A DNA stretch of 64,000 nucleotides from an uncultured Candidatus Binatia bacterium (lineage in GTDB: Bacteria; Desulfobacterota; Binatia; UBA9968; JAJDTQ01): positions 672,001 to 736,000 of the forward strand of contig OZ251459.1 of the NCBI GenBank assembly GCA_965242525.1. Direction: 5' to 3'. The position numbers and the translations under genes were made by a program. This document shows positions 10,619 through 21,624 of this stretch, piece by piece (position 1 is the first letter of the stretch; every line of letters begins with the position of its first letter). The notes beneath the pieces are model-generated. The model was not told the origin of the DNA, did no database searches, and saw nothing but the letters and a program-made list of their open reading frames with translations.

Positions 10619-11806
10619 ATGAAGGCTCTCAGGCTGTTGGCCGCGTCTCTTCCGGCGTTGCTGGCGACAACGGGGATACTGTGGGCGGAGACCGTCAAGG
10701 TGGGCGTGATCCTTCCCTACTCGGGTCCCAACGCGCAACTGGGGCAACAGGTCGATCGGGGTTTCGAGCTCTACCGGAAGCTCCACGCCGACGAGGCCGG
10801 GGGACACCGGATCGAGGTCATCAAGCGGGACAGCACCGGGCCCAAGCCCGACGTGGCCAAGCGGCTGGCCACGGAGCTGATCACCCGGGACAAGGTGGAC
10901 CTGCTGGCGGGGGTGGTCTATTCCAACAACGCCTTCGCCATCTCGGACGTGACCCGGAAGGCGAAGGTCCCGTTCCTGATCATGAACGCCGGCACCTCGG
11001 CCATCACCACCCGGTCCCCCTACACCGCCCGGGTGTCGTTCACCATGTGGCAGGCGGCGTACCCGCTGGGCCGCCACGCCTACGAGAAGATGAACATCCG
11101 CACCGCGGCCGTGGCGTACGCCAAGTATTCGCCGGGCATCGACAGCAAGACCGCGTTCACCGAGGCGTTCACCGCCGCGGGCGGCAAGGTGGTGGCCGAC
11201 ATACCGTTCCCGTTCCCGAAGATCCCGGACTTCACGCCGTTCCTCCAGCCGGTCAAGGACGCCAGGCCCGACGCGCTCTACGTCTTCATCCCCGCGGGGA
11301 AGTGGGCCACCGGGGTGATGAAGACCTACGACGACCTCGACATGAGGGCGGCCGGCATCGAGCTCATCGGCCCGGGCGACATCACCCAGGACTCGGAGCT
11401 GCCCAACATGGGGGACGTTCCCATTGGGGTGGTCACCATGCACCACTACTCCGCGGCCGGGGACCGGCCCGAGAACGAGGCGTTCGTGAAGGCGTGGAAG
11501 GAGGCTTACGGCGCCGACAGCACGCCGGACTTCTTCGGCGTCCAGGGCTGGGACGGCATGGCGGCCATTTTCGAGGCGGTGCGGCGGCTCGACGGCAAGA
11601 TCGACGCGGACGAGACCCTGGCCGTGTGGAAGGGGTGGAAGTTCGACAGTCCGCGGGGTCCCATCATGATCGACCCGGAGACCCGCGACATCGTGCAGAA
11701 CCAGTACCTGCGCAAGGTCGAGAAGCGCGGCGGCGCCCTCGCCAACGTCGAGACCGACACCCTGGAGATGGTCAAGGACCCGTGGAAGCAGCTCGAGAAG
11801 AAGTGA
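10619..11806 (+). CDS. Branched-chain amino acid-type ABC transporter substrate-binding protein
   Basis: Signal peptide, VKVGVILPYSG, SPRGPIMIDPETRD. Confidence 0.9.
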   Translation: MKALRLLAASLPALLATTGILWAETVKVGVILPYSGPNAQLGQQVDRGFELYRKLHADEAGGHRIEVIKRDSTGPKPDVAKRLATELITRDKVDLLAGVVYSNNAFAISDVTRKAKVPFLIMNAGTSAITTRSPYTARVSFTMWQAAYPLGRHAYEKMNIRTAAVAYAKYSPGIDSKTAFTEAFTAAGGKVVADIPFPFPKIPDFTPFLQPVKDARPDALYVFIPAGKWATGVMKTYDDLDMRAAGIELIGPGDITQDSELPNMGDVPIGVVTMHHYSAAGDRPENEAFVKAWKEAYGADSTPDFFGVQGWDGMAAIFEAVRRLDGKIDADETLAVWKGWKFDSPRGPIMIDPETRDIVQNQYLRKVEKRGGALANVETDTLEMVKDPWKQLEKK

Positions 11807-11973
11807 CGAAGTGACGACCGGAAAGCGGCGCTCCGTCCCGTGAAGGCGCGGGGCGGAGCGCCGGGAACGCTTGGCGCCCCCGCGCGGTCCGCCGCAACCG
11901 CGGACAGGGGCGGGCGCCGGGCGCTTCCGCAGCCCATGGCCGAGCCGCCCGGCGGGTCCGCAGGTCTTCTCCC

Positions 11974-12834
11974 GTGGTCAATTCCCTTGTCAGCATTGCG
12001 TTCGACGGTTTCGCGTTCGCAATGATCCTGTTCATCATCTCGGTGGGGCTGTCCGTGACCATGGGCCTCATGGGGTTCGTGAACTTGGCCCACGGGGTGT
12101 TCGCCATGCTCGGCGGCTACGTCGCGGTGTCCTTCATGCGCGAGTGGCACGCGCCGTTCCTGCTGGCGGTCTTGCTGGCCTGCGCGGCGGTGGCGCTGGT
12201 GAGCGTGGTGCTGGAGCGGTGGCTCTACCGCCGGTTCTACGGCGCCGACGAGCTGCAACAGGTGCTGCTGACCATCGGCCTGGTGTTCATGGGCATCGCG
12301 GTCTGCACCTTCGTCTGGGGGCCGCTCAACGTGCAGCTCGACGTGCCGCCCTGGCTCAAGGGGCAGGTGGACCTGGGGTTCCGGCGCTTCCCCACCTACC
12401 GCACCTTCATCATACTGGTGAGCCTCGGTCTGATCGTCGGCCTCTGGTACGGGTTCGAACGCACGCTGCTGGGCGCCAAGGTCCGGGCCGCGGTGGACAA
12501 CCGCCGCATGGCCGAGACCGTCGGCATCAACATCCGGCGGTTGTTCACGCTCACGTTCGCGTTGGGGAGCGCGCTGGCCGCCCTGGGCGGCGCGCTGGGC
12601 ACCGAGATCCTCGGCCTCACCCCCACCTACGCGCTGGAGTACCTGGTCTATTTCCTCGTGGTCGTGGCGGTGGGCGGCCTCGGCAGCCTGCGGGGGGCGT
12701 TCGCGGCCTCGCTCATCCTCGGCGTCGTGGATACGGCCGGAAAGTACTTCCTGCCGGGCTTCGGCGCTTTCTTCCTGTTCGCGCTGACCATCGTCCTGCT
12801 GCTCTGGCGTCCGCAGGGGTTCTACGCCCGGTAG
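11974..12834 (+). CDS. livH: ABC transporter permease (LivH-like)
   Basis: GLMGFVNLAHG, VGGLGSLRG. Confidence 0.88.
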   Translation: MVNSLVSIAFDGFAFAMILFIISVGLSVTMGLMGFVNLAHGVFAMLGGYVAVSFMREWHAPFLLAVLLACAAVALVSVVLERWLYRRFYGADELQQVLLTIGLVFMGIAVCTFVWGPLNVQLDVPPWLKGQVDLGFRRFPTYRTFIILVSLGLIVGLWYGFERTLLGAKVRAAVDNRRMAETVGINIRRLFTLTFALGSALAALGGALGTEILGLTPTYALEYLVYFLVVVAVGGLGSLRGAFAASLILGVVDTAGKYFLPGFGAFFLFALTIVLLLWRPQGFYAR

Positions 12835-12871
12835 CCCCGCGGCCCTGCCAGGAGTCGAGGTCCTCGCCCCC

Positions 12872-13839
12872 ATGGAACCGCCGCCGCAACGAACCGCCGC
12901 CCTCCGCTGGCCGGAACTGCTGCCCTGGGCGGCCGCGGTCCTGGGGTTCTTCGTGTTCCCCGACTACCTGCAACTGGGGTCCCAGATCCTCATCATGGTG
13001 CTCTTCGCCATGTCCCTGGACCTGATCCTGGGCTATGCCGGCATCGTGTCCCTGGGCCACGCGGCGCTGTTCGGCGCCGGCGCGTACACCGCCGGCATCC
13101 TGTCGGCGCACCTGGGCTGGAACGAGCCCGTGAGCGGACTGCTGGCCGCGGGCGCAGCGGCCGGCGCGGTGGGCTTCGTGTGCGGCGCGGTGATACTCTA
13201 CACCCGCGGCCTCACCCTGCTGATGCTCACCATGGCCGTCACCATCCTGCTGCAGGAGTTCGCCAACGAGCAGGAGCACTGGACCGGCGGCGACGACGGC
13301 CTCCAGGGCGTGGTCATGGATCCGCTGCTGGGGCTCTTCGAGTTCGACCTCTACGGGCGCACCGCCTACCTGTACGCGCTGGCGGTGCTGTTCGTGGTGT
13401 TCGTGGCGGCCCGCGCCATCGTGAACTCCTCCTTCGGCCAGTCGCTTCGGGGCATCCGGGAGAACGAGCGGCGCATGCACGCCGTGGGCGCCCAGGTCTA
13501 TCGCCAGACGCTCCGCATCTACACCATCGCGGCCGTCATGGCCGGCATCGCCGGGGGCCTGCTGGCCCAGACCACCGAGTTCGTGGCCCTGGACGTGCTC
13601 GGCTTCGAGCGCTCCGGCGACGTGATGATCATGCTGATCCTCGGAGGCGCCGGCCGGCTCTACGGCGCTTTCCTGGGAGCGCCGGTCTATATGATCCTGC
13701 AGGACCACCTCGCCCGGCTCAGCCCGGAGTACTGGCTCTTCGGCATCGGCGCGCTGCTGGTGGCCACCATCCTGTATGCGCCCGAAGGACTGCTGGGGCT
13801 GCTGGAGCGTTTCGGCGTCCGCCCCGGGCGGAGGACCCG

Positions 13840-13843
<4 letters not shown>
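12872..13843 (+). CDS. livM: ABC transporter permease (LivM-like)
   Basis: GYAGIVSLGHAALFG, GIRENE. Confidence 0.88.
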
Positions 13844-14605
<762 letters not shown>

Positions 14606-14609
<4 letters not shown>

Positions 14610-15325
14610 CCGTTCCTTCGCACAAGGCCCTCGACCTCGCCCGCGTGAGCGCCGGCTACGGCCGGACCGTGGTGCTGGAGGACGTGGACCTGAGCCTTGC
14701 CCGGGGCGAGCGGCTGAGCGTCATCGGTCGCAACGGCGTGGGCAAGACCACGCTGCTGGGGACGGTGATGGGCTACACCACGCTGCACGCGGGCCGCATC
14801 GAGCTGGCGGGCCGGGACATCTCCCGCGCGAGGACCTACGACCGGGCGCGTGCGGGCCTGGGGCACGTCCCCCAGGAACGCGAGGTGTTCCCGTCCCTGA
14901 CCGTGCACGAGAACCTGGCGGTGGCCCGGAGGGCCGGGAGCTGGACCCCTGCCGGGGTCTATGAGCTGTTCCCGCAACTGGCCGCGCGCGAGACCCACAA
15001 GGGGAGCCAGCTCTCCGGCGGCGAGCAGCAGATGCTGGCCATCGCCCGGGCGCTGGTGGGGAACCCCACGGTGCTGCTCATGGACGAGCCCACGGAGGGG
15101 CTGGCGCCGGTCATCATCGAGCAACTGGTGGAGGCCATGCACACGCTGCGCTCCCAGGAGGGACTGACGCTCGTGCTGGTGGAGCAACACGCGGGCATCG
15201 CCCTGGAGTTCTCGGAACGGACCGTGGTCATGAACCGCGGCCGCATCGTCTATGACGGTCCCAGCGCCGCCTTGGCGGCCGACGAGTCGCGGCTGAACGC
15301 GCTGGTGGGCGTGGCCGGCGAGTGA
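14606..15325 (+). CDS. livF: ABC ATP-binding protein LivF
   Basis: GRNGVGKTT, LSGGEQQ, LLMDEPTEG; TTG start inferred. Confidence 0.88.
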
Positions 15326-15399
15326 CGGGCGCCGGGCCGTGGCCGGGACGCTCAGGTGAGTGTTGGACATTTCGCCCGCTTTGGTGTGTAATTCCATCC

Positions 15400-15621
15400 G
15401 GAACCTTGGGACGATCGGACAGGCCTTCCCGTCCCGTTCGTCCCAAGCGCAGCGAAGTCGAGCGTAGCGAAGCGGGACCTCCGTTCGTCCTGAGCATAGC
15501 GAAACGGAGTTCTCCGTTCGTCCCGAGTGTAGCGAAGCGGAGACCTCCGTTCATCCTGAGCGTAGCGAAGCGGAGTCGAAGGACGCGCTCATGCCCCCTG
15601 TCCCGATTGGCCGGAGGTCCC
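15400..15621. repeat. REP-MITE family copy with ~4 tandem 33-bp units
   Basis: Tandem CCGTTCGTCCYGAGCGTAGCGAAGCGGAG units between GGAACC.../...GGAGGTCCC ends. Confidence 0.8.
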
Positions 15622-15673
15622 ATCCCTTGCAACCGCACCGTCCGGGAAGCGCCGCCGGATCGGAGGAGACGCC

Positions 15674-16921
15674 ATGAAGAGCCCTGACGATGGAGAGAGG
15701 CTGGGCCGTCGAGAACTGCTGCGCCGGGGCGCCCTGGCCGGGGTGGCCGCGGGGCTCCTGCCCTTTGCTGGCAGCCGTGCGGCCCGGGCCGAGACCCGGG
15801 CCGAGGTCAAACGCTACGCCACCCTGGGCCGCACCGGACTGCGCATCTCCGACGTCTCGTTCGGGTCCAGCCGTCTCGGCGCCGGTGAGGAGCGCCTGGT
15901 CCTGGACGCCTTGGACCGGGGCGTCAACTACTTCGACACCGCGGAGAGCTACCGGGGCGGCCGTTCCGAGACCACCATCGGCAACGCCCTCCGGGGCAAG
16001 CGGGACAAGGTCTTCATCGCGTCCAAGACCCACACGGTCTCGACCGAGACCAAGGCGTCGATGATGGAGTCCCTGGAAGGCAGCCTCAAGCGGTTGCAGA
16101 CGGACTACGTGGACGTTTACTTCACCCACGCGGTGAACCACGTGGGCCGGCTCAGCAACCCCGAGTGGGGCGAGTTCGTGGAGCAGGCCACGCAGCAGGG
16201 CAAGATCCGCTACTCGGGGATGTCCGGCCACGCGGGCCGGCTCATCGAGTGCCTGGACTACGCACTGGACCGGGACATGGTGGACGTCATTCTGGTGTCC
16301 TACAACTTCGGCCAGGACCCGGCCTTCTACGAGCGCTTCACCCGGGGCTTCGATTTCCGGGCGCGTCAACCCGACCTGCCGCGGGTGCTGAAGAAGGCCA
16401 AGGCCCGGAACGTGGGCGTGGTGGCCATGAAGACCCTCATGGGGGCGCGCCTCAACGACATGCGGCCGTTCGAGAAGGACGGCGCCACCTATGCCCAGGC
16501 CGCGTTCCGATGGGTGCTGTCCAATCCCGACGTGGACGCGCTGATCATCTCCATGACCGATTCGGAGCGGCTCCGGGAGTACCTGGGGGCCTCGGGCTGG
16601 ACCACCGCGGCCCGGGGCGACTTCGAGCTGCTCGAGGGCTACGCGCGCATGAACGGCGCCTCGTACTGCCGCCACGCGTGCAACGACTGCGAGGACGCCT
16701 GTCCCTACGGCGTCCCCATTGCCGACGTGCTGCGGACGCGCATGTACGCCCGGGACTACGGCGACGAGGTATTGGCCCGGAGCGAATACGCCGCGCTCGG
16801 AGCAGGCGCGGCCGCCTGCCTGACCTGCCCGACCCAGGCGTGCGCCGGCTCCTGCACCCACGGCCTGCCCGTGGAGAAGCTGCTGGCGCCGACCCATCGG
16901 CGGCTCACGCGAAACGCCTGA
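15674..16921 (+). CDS. Aldo/keto reductase with Tat-like signal and C-terminal Fe-S domain
   Basis: GRRELL twin-Arg, LGRTGL, DTAESY, CxxxCxxCxxxCP cluster. Confidence 0.85.
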   Translation: MKSPDDGERLGRRELLRRGALAGVAAGLLPFAGSRAARAETRAEVKRYATLGRTGLRISDVSFGSSRLGAGEERLVLDALDRGVNYFDTAESYRGGRSETTIGNALRGKRDKVFIASKTHTVSTETKASMMESLEGSLKRLQTDYVDVYFTHAVNHVGRLSNPEWGEFVEQATQQGKIRYSGMSGHAGRLIECLDYALDRDMVDVILVSYNFGQDPAFYERFTRGFDFRARQPDLPRVLKKAKARNVGVVAMKTLMGARLNDMRPFEKDGATYAQAAFRWVLSNPDVDALIISMTDSERLREYLGASGWTTAARGDFELLEGYARMNGASYCRHACNDCEDACPYGVPIADVLRTRMYARDYGDEVLARSEYAALGAGAAACLTCPTQACAGSCTHGLPVEKLLAPTHRRLTRNA

Positions 16922-16930
16922 GCAATCCTC

Positions 16931-17008
16931 TCCGTTCGTCCTGAGCGTAGCGTAGCGAAGTCGAAGGACGCGCTTTCCCGAGCGGAGACGGCGTTGTCCA
17001 GACGTTCC
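16931..17008. repeat. REP-MITE family partial copy
   Basis: REP core plus TTGTCCAGACGTTCC end. Confidence 0.7.
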
Positions 17009-17024
17009 GAAAAGGCGTCACCCA

Positions 17025-18050
17025 GTGACCTTGTGCCCCGTTCACCCCGAAGAGCCTGAAGCGGACCCCTCCGCGGAGGCTCCCGAGCGCGGCGGCGCGC
17101 CCGCGGAAGCAAGTCCGGGGGAGGGCGTGGGAGTCGAAGTCCATGGCTACGGCGGTTTGCCGGACGGTCCCATCGTCGTCACCGGGGCCAACGGCGTGGT
17201 GGGGGCCGCTCTGGTCAGGCTTCTGGCCGCGCAGCCCGAAGCGCAGGTGCGTGCGCTGGTCCGGGGACTGGAGCAGGCGGCCCGCCTGGAAGGGCTGCCG
17301 GTCAGTCTCCTGCAAGTCGATTACCGGAGCCAGGGAACCCTGGATGCCGCGGCGCAAGGGGCGGCGGCCATGGTCCATCTCGCCGGAGCCCTGCAACCGC
17401 GGCGCGGGGAGCGGCTTCACGACGCCAACGTCGAGACCACGCGACGCCTGGTCTCGGCCGGCAAGGCCTCCGGGGTCCGGCGCTTCGTCTATCTCAGCGC
17501 GCCGGGCGCAAACCCCGCCTCCCGGAACGAGTACCTGCGTTCCAAGGGCTTGGCCGAATCGTCGATACGGGAGGCGGGGTTTCGCGGGGTCGTCTTCCGG
17601 GTCCCCATGGTGCTGGGCCGGGGAACCCCTTCCATGCAGACCCTCCTCCACTTGGCCCGCCGCGGGGCGGCGCCGTTGGTGCGGGGCGGCAAGGTCCGCA
17701 TACAACCGGTGGCGCTGGCGGACGTGACTCGCGGCGTCCGGTGGGCCCTGGGAGACCGGGCGCCGGTCCTCCGCACCCTGGATCTGGTGGGCCCCGAGGT
17801 CCTCACCTACGCGGAGCTCCTCGGAAGGGTCGCGGACCTGCTCGGCAGGTCGCCGCGGATCCTGGGGGTGCCCGGGGTCCTGGCGGAGGTCGGCGCGAGG
17901 GCCGCCGGCCTTCTGGGGTCGAGCTGGAATTGGTCGTTCTTCGACACCCTCTTCAACGAGCGCCTGGGAGACCCCGCGGAGGCGCGAAGGCTGCTCCCGT
18001 TCCCGCCGACCCCGGTGGACGGAGTGCTCCGGGAAGCGGTGTCCCCATGA
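17025..18050 (+). CDS. NAD(P)-dependent epimerase/NDUFA9-like SDR
   Basis: VTGANGVVG Rossmann motif, YLRSK; start uncertain. Confidence 0.8.
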   Translation: MTLCPVHPEEPEADPSAEAPERGGAPAEASPGEGVGVEVHGYGGLPDGPIVVTGANGVVGAALVRLLAAQPEAQVRALVRGLEQAARLEGLPVSLLQVDYRSQGTLDAAAQGAAAMVHLAGALQPRRGERLHDANVETTRRLVSAGKASGVRRFVYLSAPGANPASRNEYLRSKGLAESSIREAGFRGVVFRVPMVLGRGTPSMQTLLHLARRGAAPLVRGGKVRIQPVALADVTRGVRWALGDRAPVLRTLDLVGPEVLTYAELLGRVADLLGRSPRILGVPGVLAEVGARAAGLLGSSWNWSFFDTLFNERLGDPAEARRLLPFPPTPVDGVLREAVSP

Positions 18051-19018
18051 CCCCGGACAGTGAGCCGGGCGGCGCCCCGGCTCCCGAAGCAGCGGCGCCG
18101 CGGAAAGGGCCCAACGTCTGGGCGCGGCTGGTCCCCGCGGCGCTCACGGTCGCGGTCTTCGGCCTCATCTTCTGGCGCATTCCGTTCCACGAGTTCTGGC
18201 AGGCGGTTTCCGGCGCGCGGCTGACGCCGTTCTTCGCCCTCATGGGTTCGTTCTCGCTGTGCTTCTTCCTGGCGGACGCCGCGGTGCTCACCGCGCTGAT
18301 CCGCTGGTTCCACGGGCCCATCCGCTACCGGGAGCTCCTGCCGGTGCGGGCCTCCACCTACATCGTCTCCATCATCAACACCCAGCTCGCCCAGGCCGCC
18401 CTCGCCCTCTACCTGAACCGGCGCTTCCGTACGCCTCTGGGCGAGGTCACCAGCACCGTGGTCCTGCTCATCCTGCTGGAGGCCGCCAACCTGACGTTCT
18501 TCGCCACCGTCGGGTCCGCAGCCTTTCCCGGCGGCACGCCCGCGATCTTCTTCGTGTTGCCGGCGCTGCTCGCCCTGGCGTGGCTCGCGCTGACCCGCAT
18601 GGCCCGGGGCGGGTTCGGCGCGTTGGGACGCAAGGCGGGCGGCAACGTCCTCCTGTCCTCGTTCGGCAAGGTCCGGTTGCGCCAGGGCTTGGCCATACTG
18701 GGGATCAAGGGGTCGGTGTTCTTCCTCTCCCTGCTGGTCCACGCCCGGGCGCTCACGTTCTTCGGCATCGAGGTCCCGGTGCTACCGCTGCTGGCCTTCC
18801 TCCCCATCGTCTATCTGGTGGCCGCGCTGCCCGTCACCGTGGCCCATCTCGGCACCTCCCAGGCCGCCTGGATATTCTTCTTCGGCGGCTACGCCGCGGA
18901 AGCCGACCTGCTCGCCTACAGCCTCGCCGCCCACCTGACGTTCATGCTGGCCAACGGCGCCTTCGGCCTGCTCTTCCTGCCGCGGGTCTATGCCGACCTG
19001 TTCCCGAAGCGGGGATGA
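18047..19018 (+). CDS. Lysylphosphatidylglycerol synthase TM-domain / flippase-like membrane protein
   Basis: Multiple TM helices, LPVTVAHLG motif. Confidence 0.65.
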   Translation: MTPDSEPGGAPAPEAAAPRKGPNVWARLVPAALTVAVFGLIFWRIPFHEFWQAVSGARLTPFFALMGSFSLCFFLADAAVLTALIRWFHGPIRYRELLPVRASTYIVSIINTQLAQAALALYLNRRFRTPLGEVTSTVVLLILLEAANLTFFATVGSAAFPGGTPAIFFVLPALLALAWLALTRMARGGFGALGRKAGGNVLLSSFGKVRLRQGLAILGIKGSVFFLSLLVHARALTFFGIEVPVLPLLAFLPIVYLVAALPVTVAHLGTSQAAWIFFFGGYAAEADLLAYSLAAHLTFMLANGAFGLLFLPRVYADLFPKRG

Positions 19019-19148
19019 ACGCGGCGCCTTCCTGCCTCCGTTCCCCTGGGGAACGTCTGGACAGTACCGGATCGAGGGACCAACGGGCGTTTGCCCGCTT
19101 CGCCGCGGCGTGGTAGCGGATTGATAGCGAGTGATTGCGGAGGACGCG

Positions 19149-19445
19149 ATGGCGACCATCAACGTGCGGCAACTGGACGAAGACGTGGTTCGGCGTCTCA
19201 AGCGGCGCGCCGCGGACAACAACCGTTCCCTGGAAGGGGAAGTGCGGCCCATCCTCGAAGGCGCGGTCGAGGACGAGGCGTCGGCCAAGCGCGCGTCCTT
19301 CCGGGCTCTGTCGGCGAGGTTGCGCCGCGGCGCCGAAGCGCGCTCGCAGACGCCTTCGGAGGTCCTGATCCGGGAAGACCGCGAGACCGGGCGCCGGGAT
19401 ACAGCGCAGCGCCATGGTGTAATATGTCGATTCGTGAAGCGATAA
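19149..19445 (+). CDS. FitA-like ribbon-helix-helix antitoxin (orphan)
   Basis: MATINVRQLDEDVVRRLKRRAADNNRSLEGEVR. Confidence 0.75.
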   Translation: MATINVRQLDEDVVRRLKRRAADNNRSLEGEVRPILEGAVEDEASAKRASFRALSARLRRGAEARSQTPSEVLIREDRETGRRDTAQRHGVICRFVKR

Positions 19446-19810
19446 GCCAGAAGATCCTGGAGACGGGCGGAAGACTCCGGGTTCGGAGCGCCCTGAACCC
19501 GATCTTGTGGCTTTGTGCGATCATAACTGTTCCAGGCATGTACTTTGCCAGTCAGATGGTTGAATCGCCTTCATGGCTGATTACACTCATGTTCCTTCCT
19601 CTCGTTGCTGGGATTGCAGGTTTTCTGTTTCTTCTGTTCTTTGACAGGGACAAGTTGCAATCCGAAGACTATCAAATTCGGAAAATGGAGTTGGAATGGA
19701 TTCAGGAGAAGGGCACAATTCTTCCTGTTGATATTGCATCTACTGAGAAAACTTCAAATCCCCGCCTGCCTGGACCTCAAAAATCAATCGAGGGAGATTC
19801 GGAACAATGA
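19424..19810 (+). CDS. Hypothetical 2-TM membrane protein
   Basis: Low-GC ORF, two hydrophobic helices then DRDKLQSEDYQ; stop overlaps next ATG. Confidence 0.7.
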   Translation: MSIREAISQKILETGGRLRVRSALNPILWLCAIITVPGMYFASQMVESPSWLITLMFLPLVAGIAGFLFLLFFDRDKLQSEDYQIRKMELEWIQEKGTILPVDIASTEKTSNPRLPGPQKSIEGDSEQ

Positions 19811-20100
19811 AACGAGTTTACTTGCTGATTTACGACAACGAAGTCGGGACCCGGAAGGAAGTCAGGAAGTTCCTCGACGAACGACCGGAAATACTGCACT
19901 GGCGCTTTGATCTTCCCAACACATTCTACTTGATTTCCGAGTTGTCAGCGGGAGCGTTGTACAGTGTATTTCAGGATTTCAACCAGGAACACGGCAGCTT
20001 TCTCATCAGTGAAGTCGGCTCGAACACGCAAGGCTGGCTCCCCAAGAGGACGTGGGCGCTCTTGAACGAGAAGATAAACGAGAAAAGTTACGCGTCCTGA
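19807..20100 (+). CDS. Small hypothetical protein, possible ferredoxin-like (Cas2/VapD-like) fold
   Basis: 97 aa, N-terminal VYLLIYD strand, ATGA coupling with upstream gene. Confidence 0.65.
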   Translation: MKRVYLLIYDNEVGTRKEVRKFLDERPEILHWRFDLPNTFYLISELSAGALYSVFQDFNQEHGSFLISEVGSNTQGWLPKRTWALLNEKINEKSYAS

Positions 20101-20148
20101 CTTTTGATCCTATGCGCCCGTTTATCGGATAGCAGCAGGAAGAACGCT

Positions 20149-21624
20149 ATGGCACAACTTTCCGAGCAGCGCCCTTGCTGGTTCGTCGGAGCTTTTTGGG
20201 GTGATGGTGACCACACCGAACGGTTTCTGAAAGAAGGGATCTGGGAAAACGGCTACAAAGACAAATATCTGGACCAGGTGCGTTCAATGCACCCCGGCGA
20301 CCGCATCGCTATCAAGGCCACGTACCCGCGTAAATCAGATCTCCCGTTCGACAACCTGGGTAAAGCTGTTTCTGTAATGGCTATCAAGGCAGTGGGGACG
20401 ATTACAGAAAACCCGGGAGACGGGCGGCGCGTCAGGGTTGATTGGACGCGGGTAGAGCCCGCTCGCGAATGGTATTTCTACACTTATCGCCGTACCGTTT
20501 GGGAGGTATGGCCAGGAAAGGGGAGGATCCCGTGGGCTGCTGATGCCTTGATCCAATTTGCATTTACAGGACAATCACAAGACTATCCCCGTTTTCTGAA
20601 GCGATGGGGTTTTCTCAAGGGCGATCCGAATATCTCGGATGCACCGGAAGAAGCGAAGTCGTCGCCCTATTCCATCGATGACATGGAACAAGTGGAGTCG
20701 CCGCTCTATTCCATCGATGACATCATCGAGGAGGGCTGCTTTCTGGAACGGGGACGGTTGGCTGACCTCCTGGATTCCTGGCGTTCCAAGAAGAACCTCA
20801 TCCTGACGGGGCCTCCCGGCACCGGCAAGACCTGGCTGGCCCGCAAGCTGGCCTTTGCCCTGATCGAGTTGAGGGATGAGCGTCTGGTGCAAGCGGTGCA
20901 GTTCCACCCCAACCTCTCTTACGAGGACTTCGTGCGCGGCTGGCGGCCATCCGGCGACGGGCGGCTGGAGTTGGTGGACGGGCCGTTTCTGAACCTGATC
21001 GACGCCGCCCGCAACGACCCCAACACTGACTACGTAATGGTGATCGAGGAGATCAACCGCGGCAATCCGGCGCAGGTTTTCGGCGAGATGCTTACGCTGC
21101 TGGAAGCCGGCAAACGCAACCGCGGCGAAGCCCTGGCCTTGAGCTACCGCCGCTCCGATGGCGAGCGGGTGCATGTGCCGGAGAACCTGTATGTGATCGG
21201 CACCATGAACCTGGCCGACCGCTCGCTGGCGCTGGTTGATTTGGCCTTCCGCCGCCGTTTCGCCTTCGAGGAACTCGAACCCGTGTTCGGGCCGGTCTGG
21301 CGGAAGTGGGTCAGCGAACACTGCGGCGTGGACGCTGCATTCCTGGCCGATGTCGAGCAGCGGATCGACCGCCTGAACGAGCAGATCGCCGCGGACCGCA
21401 GCTTGGGACGGCAATTCAAGATAGGCCACAGCTTCGTCACCCCGCCGGACGACAGCCCCATAACCGACCCCTTCGCCTGGTTCCGGCGGGTGGTGGAAAA
21501 GGAGATCGGGCCGCTGCTGGACGAATACTGGTTCGACTCCCCGGACAAAGCCCGCGATGCCAAGGCGAAACTGCTGCACGGCCTGGAATCGCAGGACGTC
21601 CCGAACCCGTCGGATGGCCCATAG
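20149..21624 (+). CDS. mcrB: McrB family AAA+ GTPase of a type IV restriction system
   Basis: GPPGTGKT, QFHPNLSYEDFV, IEEINRG, GTMNLAD, RRRF. Confidence 0.92.
   Translation: MAQLSEQRPCWFVGAFWGDGDHTERFLKEGIWENGYKDKYLDQVRSMHPGDRIAIKATYPRKSDLPFDNLGKAVSVMAIKAVGTITENPGDGRRVRVDWTRVEPAREWYFYTYRRTVWEVWPGKGRIPWAADALIQFAFTGQSQDYPRFLKRWGFLKGDPNISDAPEEAKSSPYSIDDMEQVESPLYSIDDIIEEGCFLERGRLADLLDSWRSKKNLILTGPPGTGKTWLARKLAFALIELRDERLVQAVQFHPNLSYEDFVRGWRPSGDGRLELVDGPFLNLIDAARNDPNTDYVMVIEEINRGNPAQVFGEMLTLLEAGKRNRGEALALSYRRSDGERVHVPENLYVIGTMNLADRSLALVDLAFRRRFAFEELEPVFGPVWRKWVSEHCGVDAAFLADVEQRIDRLNEQIAADRSLGRQFKIGHSFVTPPDDSPITDPFAWFRRVVEKEIGPLLDEYWFDSPDKARDAKAKLLHGLESQDVPNPSDGP

Noticed and set aside
15434-15590. 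Tandem 33-bp repeats as a CRISPR array (also 56930-57040, 59510-59620)
   Set aside because: Units are contiguous and degenerate with no unique spacers, the same motif is dispersed across the window, and no cas operon is present
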